Below, in pieces: positions 51,546 to 61,438 of a DNA stretch of 64,000 bases. The stretch is from an uncultured Nitrospiraceae bacterium (GTDB lineage Bacteria; Nitrospirota; Nitrospiria; Nitrospirales; Nitrospiraceae), in assembly GCA_963706325.1 (NCBI GenBank), contig CAVPLT010000004.1:512001-576000 (forward strand). The letters are read 5' to 3'. Position 1 is the first letter of the stretch. Each line of letters starts with the position of its first letter. The position numbers were made by a program, and so were the translations under genes. Under the pieces are notes generated by a model. That model was not told the origin of the DNA and ran no database searches. It worked only from the letters and a program-made list of their open reading frames with translations.

Positions 51546-52610
51546 TCACTTGTTACCCCGTTTCGGCTGGGCATTACGCCATTTCGCACCCCGTCCTTTG
51601 CCGACCGGAATGATCACCCCGGCTTCCCGAAGTTGGCCAAGCACATGGCGAATCATGTCCCGACTGACTTTAGGGCAGGCCTTTTCCATATCGGTGATGC
51701 TGAAGTCTGCAATGAAACCGTCAATCGCATTGCGGATCATATCGGTCTTGCTGCCGTGCCCCTTGCTGATCCGCCCAAATCGGCTTTCGAACTCATCGTA
51801 GGCGGCCAAGAGCGTCGAAAGGAAATACTCGGCCCAGGGCAACAGATCGTGACGGCTCTCGTGCCATCCCTGAGAAGAGGTGTAGAGGGTGTCGTAGTAG
51901 GATGGCTTCGATTGCTCGATGATCCGCTCCAGGCTGACGTAGCGACCGACCTCATAGCCATGGTGATAGAGGAGCAGCAAGGCCACCAGCCGAGCCAGCC
52001 GCCCGTTGCCGTCGAGGAAAGGATGGATGCAGAGAAAGTCCAGCACATACAAGGGAATCAGCAAGAGCGGGTCCCATTCCAGCGCCTGTTCCAATTCATT
52101 GAATCGCGCATGCAACAGGCGCATCGCCTCATCTGTCAAATGAGGCGCGACGGGGTTGAACCGGATGCGTTTAGCCCCATCCGGTAGGGTCTCGGAGATT
52201 TCGTTGGACGCGGATTTCCATTTTCCTCCATCTGCGCCGGCATATTTCATGAGATCGCGATGGAGTTGCAGCACCACGCGCTCGGTAAAGGGCATATGCT
52301 CGTGGCTGTGGTGAATCGTATTGAGCACGTCCCGATACCCGGCGATTTCCGCCTCTGACCGATTGGCGGGTTTGGCTCGCTCTGCCACGATCGCCCGCAG
52401 CCGCTTGTCGTCCGCGACAATGCCCTCGATGCGGTTGGATGACTCGGTGCTCTGGATGAGAGCCACCTGGCGCAGGTTCTCCAGCATCTCAGGCGCCTGC
52501 TTCTTGAACAGTTCCTGCCGCCCCTTGTGCTCACCCAGCTTACGAATCATCGTAATGATCCGGTGTGGGATGACCAGCTTGTCGAGATACCCGTGATCGA
52601 ATGAGCTCAT
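51546..52610 (-). CDS. Fic family protein with C-terminal HTH
   Basis: HPFLDGNGRLAR Fic motif; STESSNRIEG inhibitory-like motif. Confidence 0.93.
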   Translation of the reverse strand: MSSFDHGYLDKLVIPHRIITMIRKLGEHKGRQELFKKQAPEMLENLRQVALIQSTESSNRIEGIVADDKRLRAIVAERAKPANRSEAEIAGYRDVLNTIHHSHEHMPFTERVVLQLHRDLMKYAGADGGKWKSASNEISETLPDGAKRIRFNPVAPHLTDEAMRLLHARFNELEQALEWDPLLLIPLYVLDFLCIHPFLDGNGRLARLVALLLLYHHGYEVGRYVSLERIIEQSKPSYYDTLYTSSQGWHESRHDLLPWAEYFLSTLLAAYDEFESRFGRISKGHGSKTDMIRNAIDGFIADFSITDMEKACPKVSRDMIRHVLGQLREAGVIIPVGKGRGAKWRNAQPKRGNK

Positions 52611-52772
52611 GACTCCAGAGCCTCCCATTCGAGAATACCCGTTTCCATATTTTTTATCATCGTTTGCATGCATGAGGAGCCGCGTGCGAGGACGGGACGG
52701 TTAGGTGGAAGGTTAATGACCGCGGCTTTGGCGCACGCTCCCGGTGATACCGACGCGAGACGCCGGCATTGC

Positions 52773-54131
52773 TCAGGAAATCTGTGGCTCGGTTGGATGA
52801 GTGGCTTCGGCTGGGCATGAAATCGTCTCTGGTTCGGTCGCAGCCGTGGCCTGTCCGACATCGAGCAAGATGGCGACGAGCATATCGCTGAGGACGTTCA
52901 CGCCTGAACGGGCGCGGGCGATGATCCAATCCACCGTCATGATGAGGGGAATGGCCGCGATGATGACCTGTTCCGGCAGCCCGGCGGCGGCCAGCACGAG
53001 CGGCAACACAATCAACCCGGCTTCGGGAATACCGGCCACGCCGGCCCCCGCGATGATCGACGCGACGACGATCAAAATCTGATTCGCGATCGGCAGATCG
53101 AAGCCGAGCGCTTGGGCGAGAAAGAGCGCGGCCATGGCTTCGTAGAGGGTGATGCCGTCGTTGTTAAGGTTCGTGCCGACACAGGCCGCGAGGCGCGCGG
53201 ATTGAATGGAGACCCCCATGCGTTCGAGGCATCGCAGCGTCACGGGCACGGTGGCGAGGCTGCTGTTACATGATAGCGCGGTCATGAGCGCGTCGGCTCC
53301 CTGGCCCAAATAGACTTTCGGCGACTTTTTCCCCACGAGCCAGGCGACGAGCGGATAGTAGACGAGCCCATGGAGGCTCAGCCCTAAGAGCATGGCGGCG
53401 AGGAAGATCCACAGGACTGAGAACACGCCCACGCCGGACTTGCCGACCACCTGCGCGACGACGCCGAACACGGCGAGCGGCACCACGAGAATGATCCACT
53501 CGAGGAGCTGCACCAACCATCCATAGATGCGTTCGATGCCATGCGCGAGGCTTGAGATTATTCCGCCCTTCTGTCGGGTCCTGCCTTGCAAGTGGCGAAG
53601 GATGGCGCCGAGGATCAGGGCCAGGAACACCACTCCGATGATGTTGCTGGTAGAAAACGGGTCCATGATGGTGCGGGGGATATAAGACAAGAGGTGCTCG
53701 ATCGGGCTCTGTGAGCCGGCGTGCACGCTTGCCAGCGCCCCAGCGGAAGGCTTGGTTCCCGGCACCAGGTGAAGCAGGTCATTCACGTGACCGGTCCAGG
53801 CGCTACCAGGCTGCCAGGTATTCATGATGACCAGTCCGATCGTCATGGCGACGGACACGTTGACAAGGCAGATCAGGAGAAGTTTTCCTCCTTGGCGCGC
53901 TGGAAGGCTGGTGCGGATGAGCGCATCGAGGATCGCAAAGAAGATGAGCGGGATGGCGAGCGTCTTGAGCAGCGTGACGACGAAGAGGCCAACCTTGCCC
54001 AATTGCTCGTTGCGCAGACCGCCCAGGTAGGGCTCCTGACCGAAGATCACGCCCAGGAGAGCACCGCAGATGACGGCAATCAGCACTTGGGTATAGAGCG
54101 GGAACGGCACGCAACGTTGTGGCGGCTTCAT
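52773..54131 (-). CDS. Dicarboxylate/amino acid:cation symporter (DAACS)
   Basis: SCNSSLATVP, GTNLNNDG, GAGVAGIP and DWIIARARSGVNV motifs. Confidence 0.92.
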   Translation of the reverse strand: MKPPQRCVPFPLYTQVLIAVICGALLGVIFGQEPYLGGLRNEQLGKVGLFVVTLLKTLAIPLIFFAILDALIRTSLPARQGGKLLLICLVNVSVAMTIGLVIMNTWQPGSAWTGHVNDLLHLVPGTKPSAGALASVHAGSQSPIEHLLSYIPRTIMDPFSTSNIIGVVFLALILGAILRHLQGRTRQKGGIISSLAHGIERIYGWLVQLLEWIILVVPLAVFGVVAQVVGKSGVGVFSVLWIFLAAMLLGLSLHGLVYYPLVAWLVGKKSPKVYLGQGADALMTALSCNSSLATVPVTLRCLERMGVSIQSARLAACVGTNLNNDGITLYEAMAALFLAQALGFDLPIANQILIVVASIIAGAGVAGIPEAGLIVLPLVLAAAGLPEQVIIAAIPLIMTVDWIIARARSGVNVLSDMLVAILLDVGQATAATEPETISCPAEATHPTEPQIS

Positions 54132-54556
54132 GGCTTCATAATAATCTCGTAAGCGCCTTGGAATAACACCCGAACCACAATGGATATCATGCCGCTTGAA
54201 GGGAAGGCTAGGGGGCGAAACGTTCATTGCCAATTGAGCTACGTAGAATAGGAGCACGGAAGGCGCGAAATTTCAATGTTCGATGATAGTTTAGCGATGC
54301 GCGGAAGGGTCAAACGATTCACTGGCGCTCGCGAATTTGGAGAAAGTCTTAATGGACGGAAAGACGGTAAGCGTCCGCCTCTGTCGCAAAGTGTGTTGGT
54401 GATGAAATGCATGCATTTCGGTAGGATGCAGCGAATCGGAGGATATGATTGAAACCCGCAGAGCTTGCAGGGGATCGCTCTGCACCGTTGCGCCGACGCG
54501 ATGAAAAGAGTATGTGTTGTGGCACTTCCCCCCCCCCCGTCCGAAAGGAGGCCACC

Positions 54557-55735
54557 ATGATACGCTTTCGACTCCTCTCCTTCACTGTCGGGCTACTTCT
54601 CTTCTGCAGTTCCCTGGCGTCCGCGGAACTGCTGGCCCTTCTCAACTATGAAAGCAAGCCGAATCAGCCGGTAAGACGCGAAGGGATCGCCATTATGGAG
54701 ATCGACCCCGAGTCTGCGGATTTTGGGAAGATCCTGATGGAGATTCCACTTCCGTCCGACCTCGTCGCCCACCACATTTTTTTCAACCGCGATCGAACGA
54801 AGGCCTACGTCACGGCGTTAGGGAAAAGCCTCCTGCATGTCATGGATCTCACGAGATTTCCTTATCGGTTGCGCGCGATCGACGTGCCCGACTGCCAGGT
54901 CGGCGAGGATCTCGTGGTGTCGGAAGATAACCGGACCTGGTTCCTCACCTGTATGGGATCGAGCACGGTGATCATGGGCGATGCCGTGAAAGATACGCCG
55001 ATTAAAACCATCCGCACGCCGAAGAGCGGGACGGCATCGGTGCTCTATCCGCACGGCATCGCGATTCACAACGGAATCGATCGCGTGCTGATTACAAGCA
55101 CGGTCAAGCCGGACATGTCGGACGCGGGAGATTCGGTCACGGTGATCGAGGCCAGCACGGGGACGGTGCTCTCGACGCACCGGGTGTCTTCCAAGCCCGC
55201 AAAGTCCGCCCCGGTGGAGGTGATGTTCGCGCCCAACTCGAATCCGCCGGTGGTGCACATCACCAACATGATGGAAGCGACGCTCTGGGTCGGGACCTGG
55301 GATGCGGCGAGCAAATCATTCTCGTTCCAGCAGGCAGACGACTTCGGCGCGAGAGAACAGGGGATGCCGCTGGAAATGCTGTACAACGCGAAGGGAGACC
55401 GCTTGTACGTCACCACGGCTAAGCCGGGGTTCGTCAATCTCTATGACAATACCGATCCGCGAAAGCCGAAGTTCCTTCAGGCCATCCCGGCGGCGGCCGG
55501 CGCGCACCATAGCGTGCTCTCGCCGGATGAGCGGTACCTGTTCGTTCAGAACAGCCTGCTCAATTTGGAAGGCATGAGCGACGGCTCGATCACCGTGATC
55601 GATTTGCAGCAGGGCGGACAAGTGAAAGGCAGCATCGATACGTTGAAGGCAGCCGGGTTCAACCCCAACTGCATCATGCTCTTGCCCAATCATTTCCGGC
55701 AGGCCGACCTGCGGGCAAATCACACTTCCAAGTGA
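54557..55735 (+). CDS. Secreted YncE-like beta-propeller protein
   Basis: Signal peptide; repeats AHHIFF, PHGIAI, AHHSVLSPDERYLFV; AAGGAGG RBS. Confidence 0.8.
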   Translation: MIRFRLLSFTVGLLLFCSSLASAELLALLNYESKPNQPVRREGIAIMEIDPESADFGKILMEIPLPSDLVAHHIFFNRDRTKAYVTALGKSLLHVMDLTRFPYRLRAIDVPDCQVGEDLVVSEDNRTWFLTCMGSSTVIMGDAVKDTPIKTIRTPKSGTASVLYPHGIAIHNGIDRVLITSTVKPDMSDAGDSVTVIEASTGTVLSTHRVSSKPAKSAPVEVMFAPNSNPPVVHITNMMEATLWVGTWDAASKSFSFQQADDFGAREQGMPLEMLYNAKGDRLYVTTAKPGFVNLYDNTDPRKPKFLQAIPAAAGAHHSVLSPDERYLFVQNSLLNLEGMSDGSITVIDLQQGGQVKGSIDTLKAAGFNPNCIMLLPNHFRQADLRANHTSK

Positions 55736-55931
55736 TCCATCGCAAGGCATGGCTTTACGGCCAGCAGCCGAACGGTGAGGTAATGGTGGGGTGACCGTCA
55801 ACGGTGAGGCAACTTCGCCCTAGCTCGGCCACCTCAGGCTGAATGCGACCAGGATCTCATTCAGTACTTGAGGTATTGGCATAGTGCTGAGGTGGCCTCT
55901 AGGCACAGGCTTTCTCTAATTGTAGCTCTCG

Positions 55932-56549
55932 TTATACTTTAGGTATCCGCAGCGTCTTGCTGATCATCAAACTGCCGGACAGAACGAACAGCAGCGCCAG
56001 CGGGTGCAGGTCCCAAGGACCGATACTCCAGACCCCCCAGTAGAGATCCTCACCTACACGGTCTTGCCAGGCGGCCCAGGCCAGCAGACCAGAAAGTACA
56101 AACGTCGTGGGGATAGGGGTGCCTTCAAAGTAAGCCACCTTGTCACCACCTGCGCTGAGTTGCTCGGCAGTCACATTGTACCGGGCTAGTCGGCTCACGC
56201 CACAGCAGACAAAATAGATCAGCGCGATCCAGTCCCATCCCCCCTGCAGACCGGCGGCGAAACCAAGGGCTGCCGGAGCGACGCCGAAGGAGATCACGTC
56301 GGCGAGCGAATCCAGCTCGCGCCCCAGGGTTGAATGTTCATGCCGCCAGCGTGCGACCCGGCCGTCGAGCCAATCGAAGGCCAGCGCCGCCGGCGTCATG
56401 GCGGCGGCGGCAAGGAAATGGCCCGGCAACCGGCTGCCCATGTAGACCATGGAGAGGAAGACGGCCGCCACGCCGCAGGCGGCGTTGCCCAGCGTCAGGA
56501 CATCGGCCAAGTGAAACTGGCGCAACATGGAAAAGTGTTTGCGAGTCAT
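55932..56549 (-). CDS. pssA: CDP-diacylglycerol--serine O-phosphatidyltransferase
   Basis: LTLGNAACG, FDWLDGRVAR..GRELDSLADVISFGVAPA, RLARYN and FEGTP motifs. Confidence 0.88.
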   Translation of the reverse strand: MTRKHFSMLRQFHLADVLTLGNAACGVAAVFLSMVYMGSRLPGHFLAAAAMTPAALAFDWLDGRVARWRHEHSTLGRELDSLADVISFGVAPAALGFAAGLQGGWDWIALIYFVCCGVSRLARYNVTAEQLSAGGDKVAYFEGTPIPTTFVLSGLLAWAAWQDRVGEDLYWGVWSIGPWDLHPLALLFVLSGSLMISKTLRIPKV

Positions 56550-56720
56550 AGCAGCAATAGCGAAACATTTACGTGGGCCGGCAGCTATTGTCCAGGATGG
56601 AAAACCCTGGTTAGGCATTTTGGTCAAGAGGCAGGGTCTCTGGCAAAACGTCCTCCGGTGAGCCACCGCACTTGACCGGCCTGGCGAAGGCGCGTACATC
56701 ATGCCCACGAGGAGGATTCT

Positions 56721-56981
56721 ATGCCGCCAAAGAGAAAGGTGCCACGGACGTCGGGACGCAATCGGCCGGCTGGTCAAAAACGCAAGGGTTCGACCGCCAA
56801 AAGCGGGGAGGCCGGCCTTACACGCCGTTTACAAGATTTGGTGGAGCGAATCGACGTGGTGCTGCCGGAAGTGGCAGCCCGAGTCGCGGCGCTTGAGCAT
56901 TTGCTGCTCGAGCTGAAGCTCTGCACGCAGAGTGATTTGCGTAGTGCGCGGGAATTTGTGCGTGTTCAGGAGGAAGGGTAG
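56721..56981 (+). CDS. Hypothetical protein
   Basis: GAGGAGG RBS; basic N-terminus and coiled coil. Confidence 0.6.
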   Translation: MPPKRKVPRTSGRNRPAGQKRKGSTAKSGEAGLTRRLQDLVERIDVVLPEVAARVAALEHLLLELKLCTQSDLRSAREFVRVQEEG

Positions 56982-57208
56982 CCTCGGCCTTGGCTTCCAG
57001 CCTGATCCAAGTAGGCTGCCTGTTTGTAAAGCGGCTTCTTCTCGTCACGGCCGCGCAAGCCGGCCATGGCCGATCATGGTGCTGCCGCATGGCGACTTCA
57101 CCGCCTTTTCCCTCCCCGTTATTCCACTGTGCAACTCTTCACGTCACGCGATGGCCTCCCGAGCGTCCCGCGTTTACTTTCCTTCTCCTGCCTCGTTAGA
57201 CTGCTGAA

Positions 57209-58957
57209 ATGAAGAGTGAAGAACCGTTTTCTGTCGTTCCCACCGAACCTGTCTCCACCGATCCGGTCGACCGGGTGATCCACTATCACGTCCGAACGAA
57301 ACACCATTTTCATAAATATGCGCGGTCGCTGGGTTTCTTGGACTGGGCCAATCAGCCCAATCCCTTTCGGCGATTCGAAGGCGCCAGGCTCGTTCGGCTG
57401 CCCTTGTTAGCGAATGATGAAGCGCCGCCCTCGCCCTCGTATGACGATATGTACCATCGGGGAGCGGTTCCCGCGCAACCTCTGACGGCCGGCACGCTGT
57501 CGCGATTTTTCGAGTTGGCGCTCGGGCTGTCGGCCTGGAAGAAAGCCGGAGAGTCTGAATGGGCGCTGCGGAACAATCCTTCCTCCGGCAATCTCCATCC
57601 GACGGAAGGTTATGCGCTATTTCCGCCGGTCGGTGGATTGGATCTCACGCCGGGGCTCTATCACTACGCATCCAAGGAACATGGTCTGGAATTACGGGCG
57701 GACTTTGCTCCCGACCACATTGCGCGTCTGATGGCTCCGCTTCCGCCAAGCGCGTTTCTCTTCGGCCTCACCTCGGTTCATTGGCGGGAGGCGTGGAAGT
57801 ATGGCGAGCGAGCGTTTCGTTACTGCAACCATGATGTCGGCCATGCGATCGGTTCAGCCCGTCTGGCTGCGGCGACGCTCGGCTGGAACATGGCGTTACT
57901 GGACGGCGTTGATCAAAACAGCATCGCCATGCTGCTAGGGACCCATCGTTCGGACGACTTTCGTGATGTGGAGCCGGAGCATCCCGATTGCCTGGCGGTG
58001 ATCTGGCCTGACGGAAATGTTACGAGCGACCCGCAAGACCTGCCGTTGTTTCTGGATCAGGCGCTGGTCAAGGACCTGGCTGGGGGACCATGGCACGGGA
58101 AGGCCAACGAGTTAAGCCGGGAACATGGTGTGCATTGGGATGTCATTGATGAGGTGGCAGATGCCTCGTGGAAGATCGTCGACGAGCAACTATCGGTTCG
58201 GCTTCACAGGAAAAGGGCTTCCTCGCCGGATGCCCCGCCGGTTTCACGGACGACGCACGAAGCCGCAACGATCATCAGACAGCGCCGCAGCGCGGTCTCC
58301 TTCGACGCGAAAACCTCCATCTCCGCCGCGACGTTCTTCCAGATGTTGCACCGAGTGACACCCCGCGCTGATCGTCCGCAATTGGATCGGCCGCTTCCGT
58401 GGGACGCATTGCCCTGGGATCCGGCGATCCATCTGATGCTATTCGTGCATCGTGTCGAGGGATTGCCGCCAGGGCTCTATGTGTTAGTGCGTGATCTACA
58501 GAAGTTGCCGCTGCTGCAACGATCGATGAACCCTGAACTGGAATGGACCCCTGCGCCCGGCTGTCCACCAGACCTGTCACTCTACTGGCTGTTTCAGGGT
58601 GATGCGCAGCGGCTCGCCGCGCAGGTGAGTTGCCATCAGGGGATCGCGGGGGACAGCGCCTTTTCGCTTGGCATGCTTGCCGAGTTCGAAGGTCGCTTGC
58701 GGGAGGGCGGGGCATGGTGCTATCCACGGCTATTCTGGGAGGCAGGCTTGGTGGGGCAGGTGTTGTATTTGGAGGCTGAGGCCGCTGGAATCCGAGCCAC
58801 GGGAATCGGGTGTTTCTTTGACGATCCCGTTCATGAGATCGTGGGTATCAAGGATCTGTCCGTGCAATCGCTCTATCATTTTACGATCGGCGGCCCGGTG
58901 GACGATGAACGTTTGATGACGTTGCCTCCATATCATCATTTGACAGCCAGGTCATAA
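57209..58957 (+). CDS. SagB/ThcOx-type nitroreductase family protein (two domains)
   Basis: YHVRTKH, LRNNPSSGNLHPTE, WKYGERAFRY, RQRRS and TGIGCFFDD motifs. Confidence 0.9.
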   Translation: MKSEEPFSVVPTEPVSTDPVDRVIHYHVRTKHHFHKYARSLGFLDWANQPNPFRRFEGARLVRLPLLANDEAPPSPSYDDMYHRGAVPAQPLTAGTLSRFFELALGLSAWKKAGESEWALRNNPSSGNLHPTEGYALFPPVGGLDLTPGLYHYASKEHGLELRADFAPDHIARLMAPLPPSAFLFGLTSVHWREAWKYGERAFRYCNHDVGHAIGSARLAAATLGWNMALLDGVDQNSIAMLLGTHRSDDFRDVEPEHPDCLAVIWPDGNVTSDPQDLPLFLDQALVKDLAGGPWHGKANELSREHGVHWDVIDEVADASWKIVDEQLSVRLHRKRASSPDAPPVSRTTHEAATIIRQRRSAVSFDAKTSISAATFFQMLHRVTPRADRPQLDRPLPWDALPWDPAIHLMLFVHRVEGLPPGLYVLVRDLQKLPLLQRSMNPELEWTPAPGCPPDLSLYWLFQGDAQRLAAQVSCHQGIAGDSAFSLGMLAEFEGRLREGGAWCYPRLFWEAGLVGQVLYLEAEAAGIRATGIGCFFDDPVHEIVGIKDLSVQSLYHFTIGGPVDDERLMTLPPYHHLTARS

Positions 58958-58994
58958 GTACGCTGAAGGGATCGTGCAGGAAGGGTCATCGCGC

Positions 58995-59850
58995 ATGTTC
59001 AAGATCAAGAAGAAGATCGAGAAGCCGAAACCACCCATTCTCTACAACGTGATCGAAGATTATTCCGAGTTCGATGCGCCTGGAAATGTGACGGTCTGCG
59101 CCATGACATTACCGGAGGATGTCGCGGCGCATGCAAAGATTTTGGCCGAAAGCTACGAAGTGCCGCTGGAAGAGATGACGTCGCTGCTCACGAACGGCGG
59201 TATCTATGTCTATCCGCAAGTCGGCGGCTTGCTCACGCGGGGTCTCTTTGCCTGTCGGGTGGATGCCAGCGGTGCAATGCCTAAACAGACTTGGGTGCTC
59301 GACTTGATGCAGTTTGCCGAGGCCGAGCAGTGGGCCAGGGCGCGCGCTTGTTCGTTGGAGGAAGCGGCATTTGAGGTGTTCCGTCGTACGCTCCCGGATG
59401 AACTTAAAAAGAAGCTGGAGCAAAAAAATCTGGGCCTCGACTATCGCACATTGGATCGCGCGGTCGCCAAGGGCGGCGACATCAAGTACATGGATTTCCG
59501 GAAGGACTGGTCGCCGCACTTCAAGCGGCTCTGCATCATGCCGGATGGACGGTTGATTGAAACGGGCGGCCTGGAAGAGTTTGCGCAGTTGCACCAGATC
59601 ACGGTGCCACAGGCGAAACGACTGGTCGAAGAAGGCGGAACGCTTGGAAGTGGGCGGTGAGGTGTTGGCCTGTCAGATCGTCAACGGCCAACCGGCTGTC
59701 GCCCGGTTCAGCGCGAAGAATTATGTAAAAGCCAAAGAATTAGTCGAGAGCAAAGGTCTCCACCTCATGGATGCGCTGAGCGAAGTCGCGTACAACGATG
59801 TGGGGATGATGAGAAGTCTGCAGCGAAAAGACCTCGGTGGCCGGATTTAG
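58995..59850 (+). pseudogene. Hypothetical protein split by a single frameshift near 59645
   Basis: First frame stops at 59660 after VEEGGTL; the overlapping frame continues LEVGGEVLACQ...GGRI to 59850. Confidence 0.7.
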
Positions 59851-60086
59851 CAGGATGCTGAAAAAGCCCGCCAGCGGCGTTCTCGCATCGTTCAGCACCT
59901 CAACGTACCGCCATGGGACAAGAGCCTGTCCTGGCAGGCTCGGGGTGGGCGGGTAAGAAGGTGACGCCTCGGTCCGGGACACGGTCGGCTCACCGCCCTC
60001 GCCGGCGTCCGCGAGCGTGACCCTCATTGTTCTTCGCGCCGTGGACCTCGCTGCGGCCTTGCTGGACAGCCTTTTTGAGCATCCTG
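59851..60086 (+). repeat. MITE-like element, long form with two internal modules
   Basis: TIRs CAGGATGCTGAAAAAG / CTTTTTGAGCATCCTG; contains GAGCCTG-N6-CAGGCTC hairpin module plus a second insert. Confidence 0.88.
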
Positions 60087-60108
60087 CGTGGAAGGGGATA
60101 TGGGAACG

Positions 60109-60525
60109 ATGAAGGAAAATATCGTGCTCTGTACCGTGGCTCTGGTTCTCGCCGGCTGTTCGGCGCATAAGCCGATTCTCTATCCGAACGACCACTATCG
60201 CCAAGTCGGCGAGGAAACGGCGGAGTCGGATATCAAGGCCTGCATGGCGTTGGCGGAAGAGGGCGGCGCTTCGCCCGGCACAGGAAAAACGGCGGAGACG
60301 GCGACAAATACGATGGCCGGTGGGGCCGTAGGCTCTGCGGCCGGTGCGGTCGGTGGAGCGATTTTCGGAAGCGCGGGATCAGGGGCGATGGTGGGCGCAG
60401 CGAGTGGCGCGGCCGCCGGTTTTCTCCGCGGCCTGTTCAGCAGCTCAGCACCGAGCGGGGCCTTTACGAATTATGTGGATCGCTGCTTGCGCGAACGTGG
60501 CTACGATCCGACCGGCTGGGAATAA
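60109..60525 (+). CDS. Glycine-zipper lipoprotein
   Basis: LAGC lipobox; GGAVGSAAGAVGGAIFG zipper; CLRERGY. Confidence 0.82.
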   Translation: MKENIVLCTVALVLAGCSAHKPILYPNDHYRQVGEETAESDIKACMALAEEGGASPGTGKTAETATNTMAGGAVGSAAGAVGGAIFGSAGSGAMVGAASGAAAGFLRGLFSSSAPSGAFTNYVDRCLRERGYDPTGWE

Positions 60526-60543
60526 CGCACCTTCCGCGCGCCA

Positions 60544-60933
60544 TCATTCCTTCACTCTCCACCACTTCCGCCGAATGACCACTCCCAGCCATGTGCCGGT
60601 GACATTGCACACGATGTCCGACGGCGCGGCGCGACGATTGTGCGAGTAGAGTTGGTAGAACTCCACCGCGCAAGACAGCGACAAGCCGAGCAGCATAACC
60701 CGTATCACCTGTGATTGGGTGACGATCGTGCTGCGTTGAAGATAGAGCAGCGCAAAAGGCACATAGAGCAGGATGTTGATCACGATGTCGGACCAGAAGC
60801 TGAACGTCCAGATCTCCTCGGCGGACGGAATCCACTTGAGAAATTCCCAGTGGCTGTGTGCAACAAAGTTCGTGTGGTAAATGCCGGAGGCCGCGATCAG
60901 GCAGACGTAAAGAATCCACAGGAGAAGCCACAT
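60544..60933 (-). CDS. VanZ family membrane protein
   Basis: NILLYVPF, VEFYQLY..R...DIVCNVTG motifs. Start may extend to 60972. Confidence 0.8.
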   Translation of the reverse strand: MWLLLWILYVCLIAASGIYHTNFVAHSHWEFLKWIPSAEEIWTFSFWSDIVINILLYVPFALLYLQRSTIVTQSQVIRVMLLGLSLSCAVEFYQLYSHNRRAAPSDIVCNVTGTWLGVVIRRKWWRVKE

Positions 60934-60968
60934 GGTCGAGGAGGTTGTGCGAGGAGTGGCGGCGGCTA

Positions 60969-61379
60969 TCAATGGGATGTGGTCGTGGCGTGCGTTGATT
61001 CTTGCAGAACTCGTTGCAGCGTTTCCAGCAATATTTGCTGGTCGATCGGCTTTTTGAGAAAGGCCGATGCTCCCTTGTCTCGAACTTTCGCCTCCAGATT
61101 GGGGGCAGTTTGAGCGGTGGCGACCACGATCGGAATCCCCTGTGTATGGGTATTCGCCCGCAAACGTTCAAGTAACAGCACGCCGTCGCCTCCCGGCAAA
61201 CCGATGTCGAGGAGGATTATGCGAGGCTTTTCGCGCACGGCGATGCCGGTGGCTTGAAGGGCGTCGCCGGCGCTGAGACAGAAAAAATTGGTATCGCGAA
61301 GAAAAGTCTTCACAAGGATTTGAAAGTCCGCGCTATCGTCGATGATGAGGAGTCGGATGCGTGTGGCTGGTCCCGGCAT
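60969..61379 (-). CDS. Single-domain response regulator
   Basis: LIIDD, ILLDIGLPGGDG and FLKKP motifs. Confidence 0.88.
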   Translation of the reverse strand: MPGPATRIRLLIIDDSADFQILVKTFLRDTNFFCLSAGDALQATGIAVREKPRIILLDIGLPGGDGVLLLERLRANTHTQGIPIVVATAQTAPNLEAKVRDKGASAFLKKPIDQQILLETLQRVLQESTHATTTSH

Positions 61380-61438
61380 ACAATTTTTACTGGCCACGCA
61401 GGGAGCACGAGGTGCGTTCGCGCAGGCTGATATGGAGC

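Noticed and set aside
57209..58957. SagB-like oxidase as part of a RiPP cluster
   Set aside because: No YcaO, precursor peptide or RiPP transporter nearby.
59740..60204. 154-aa minus-strand ORF (also 32969-33223 and 31145-31657)
   Set aside because: Read-through of the MITE-like repeat and neighbouring genes.
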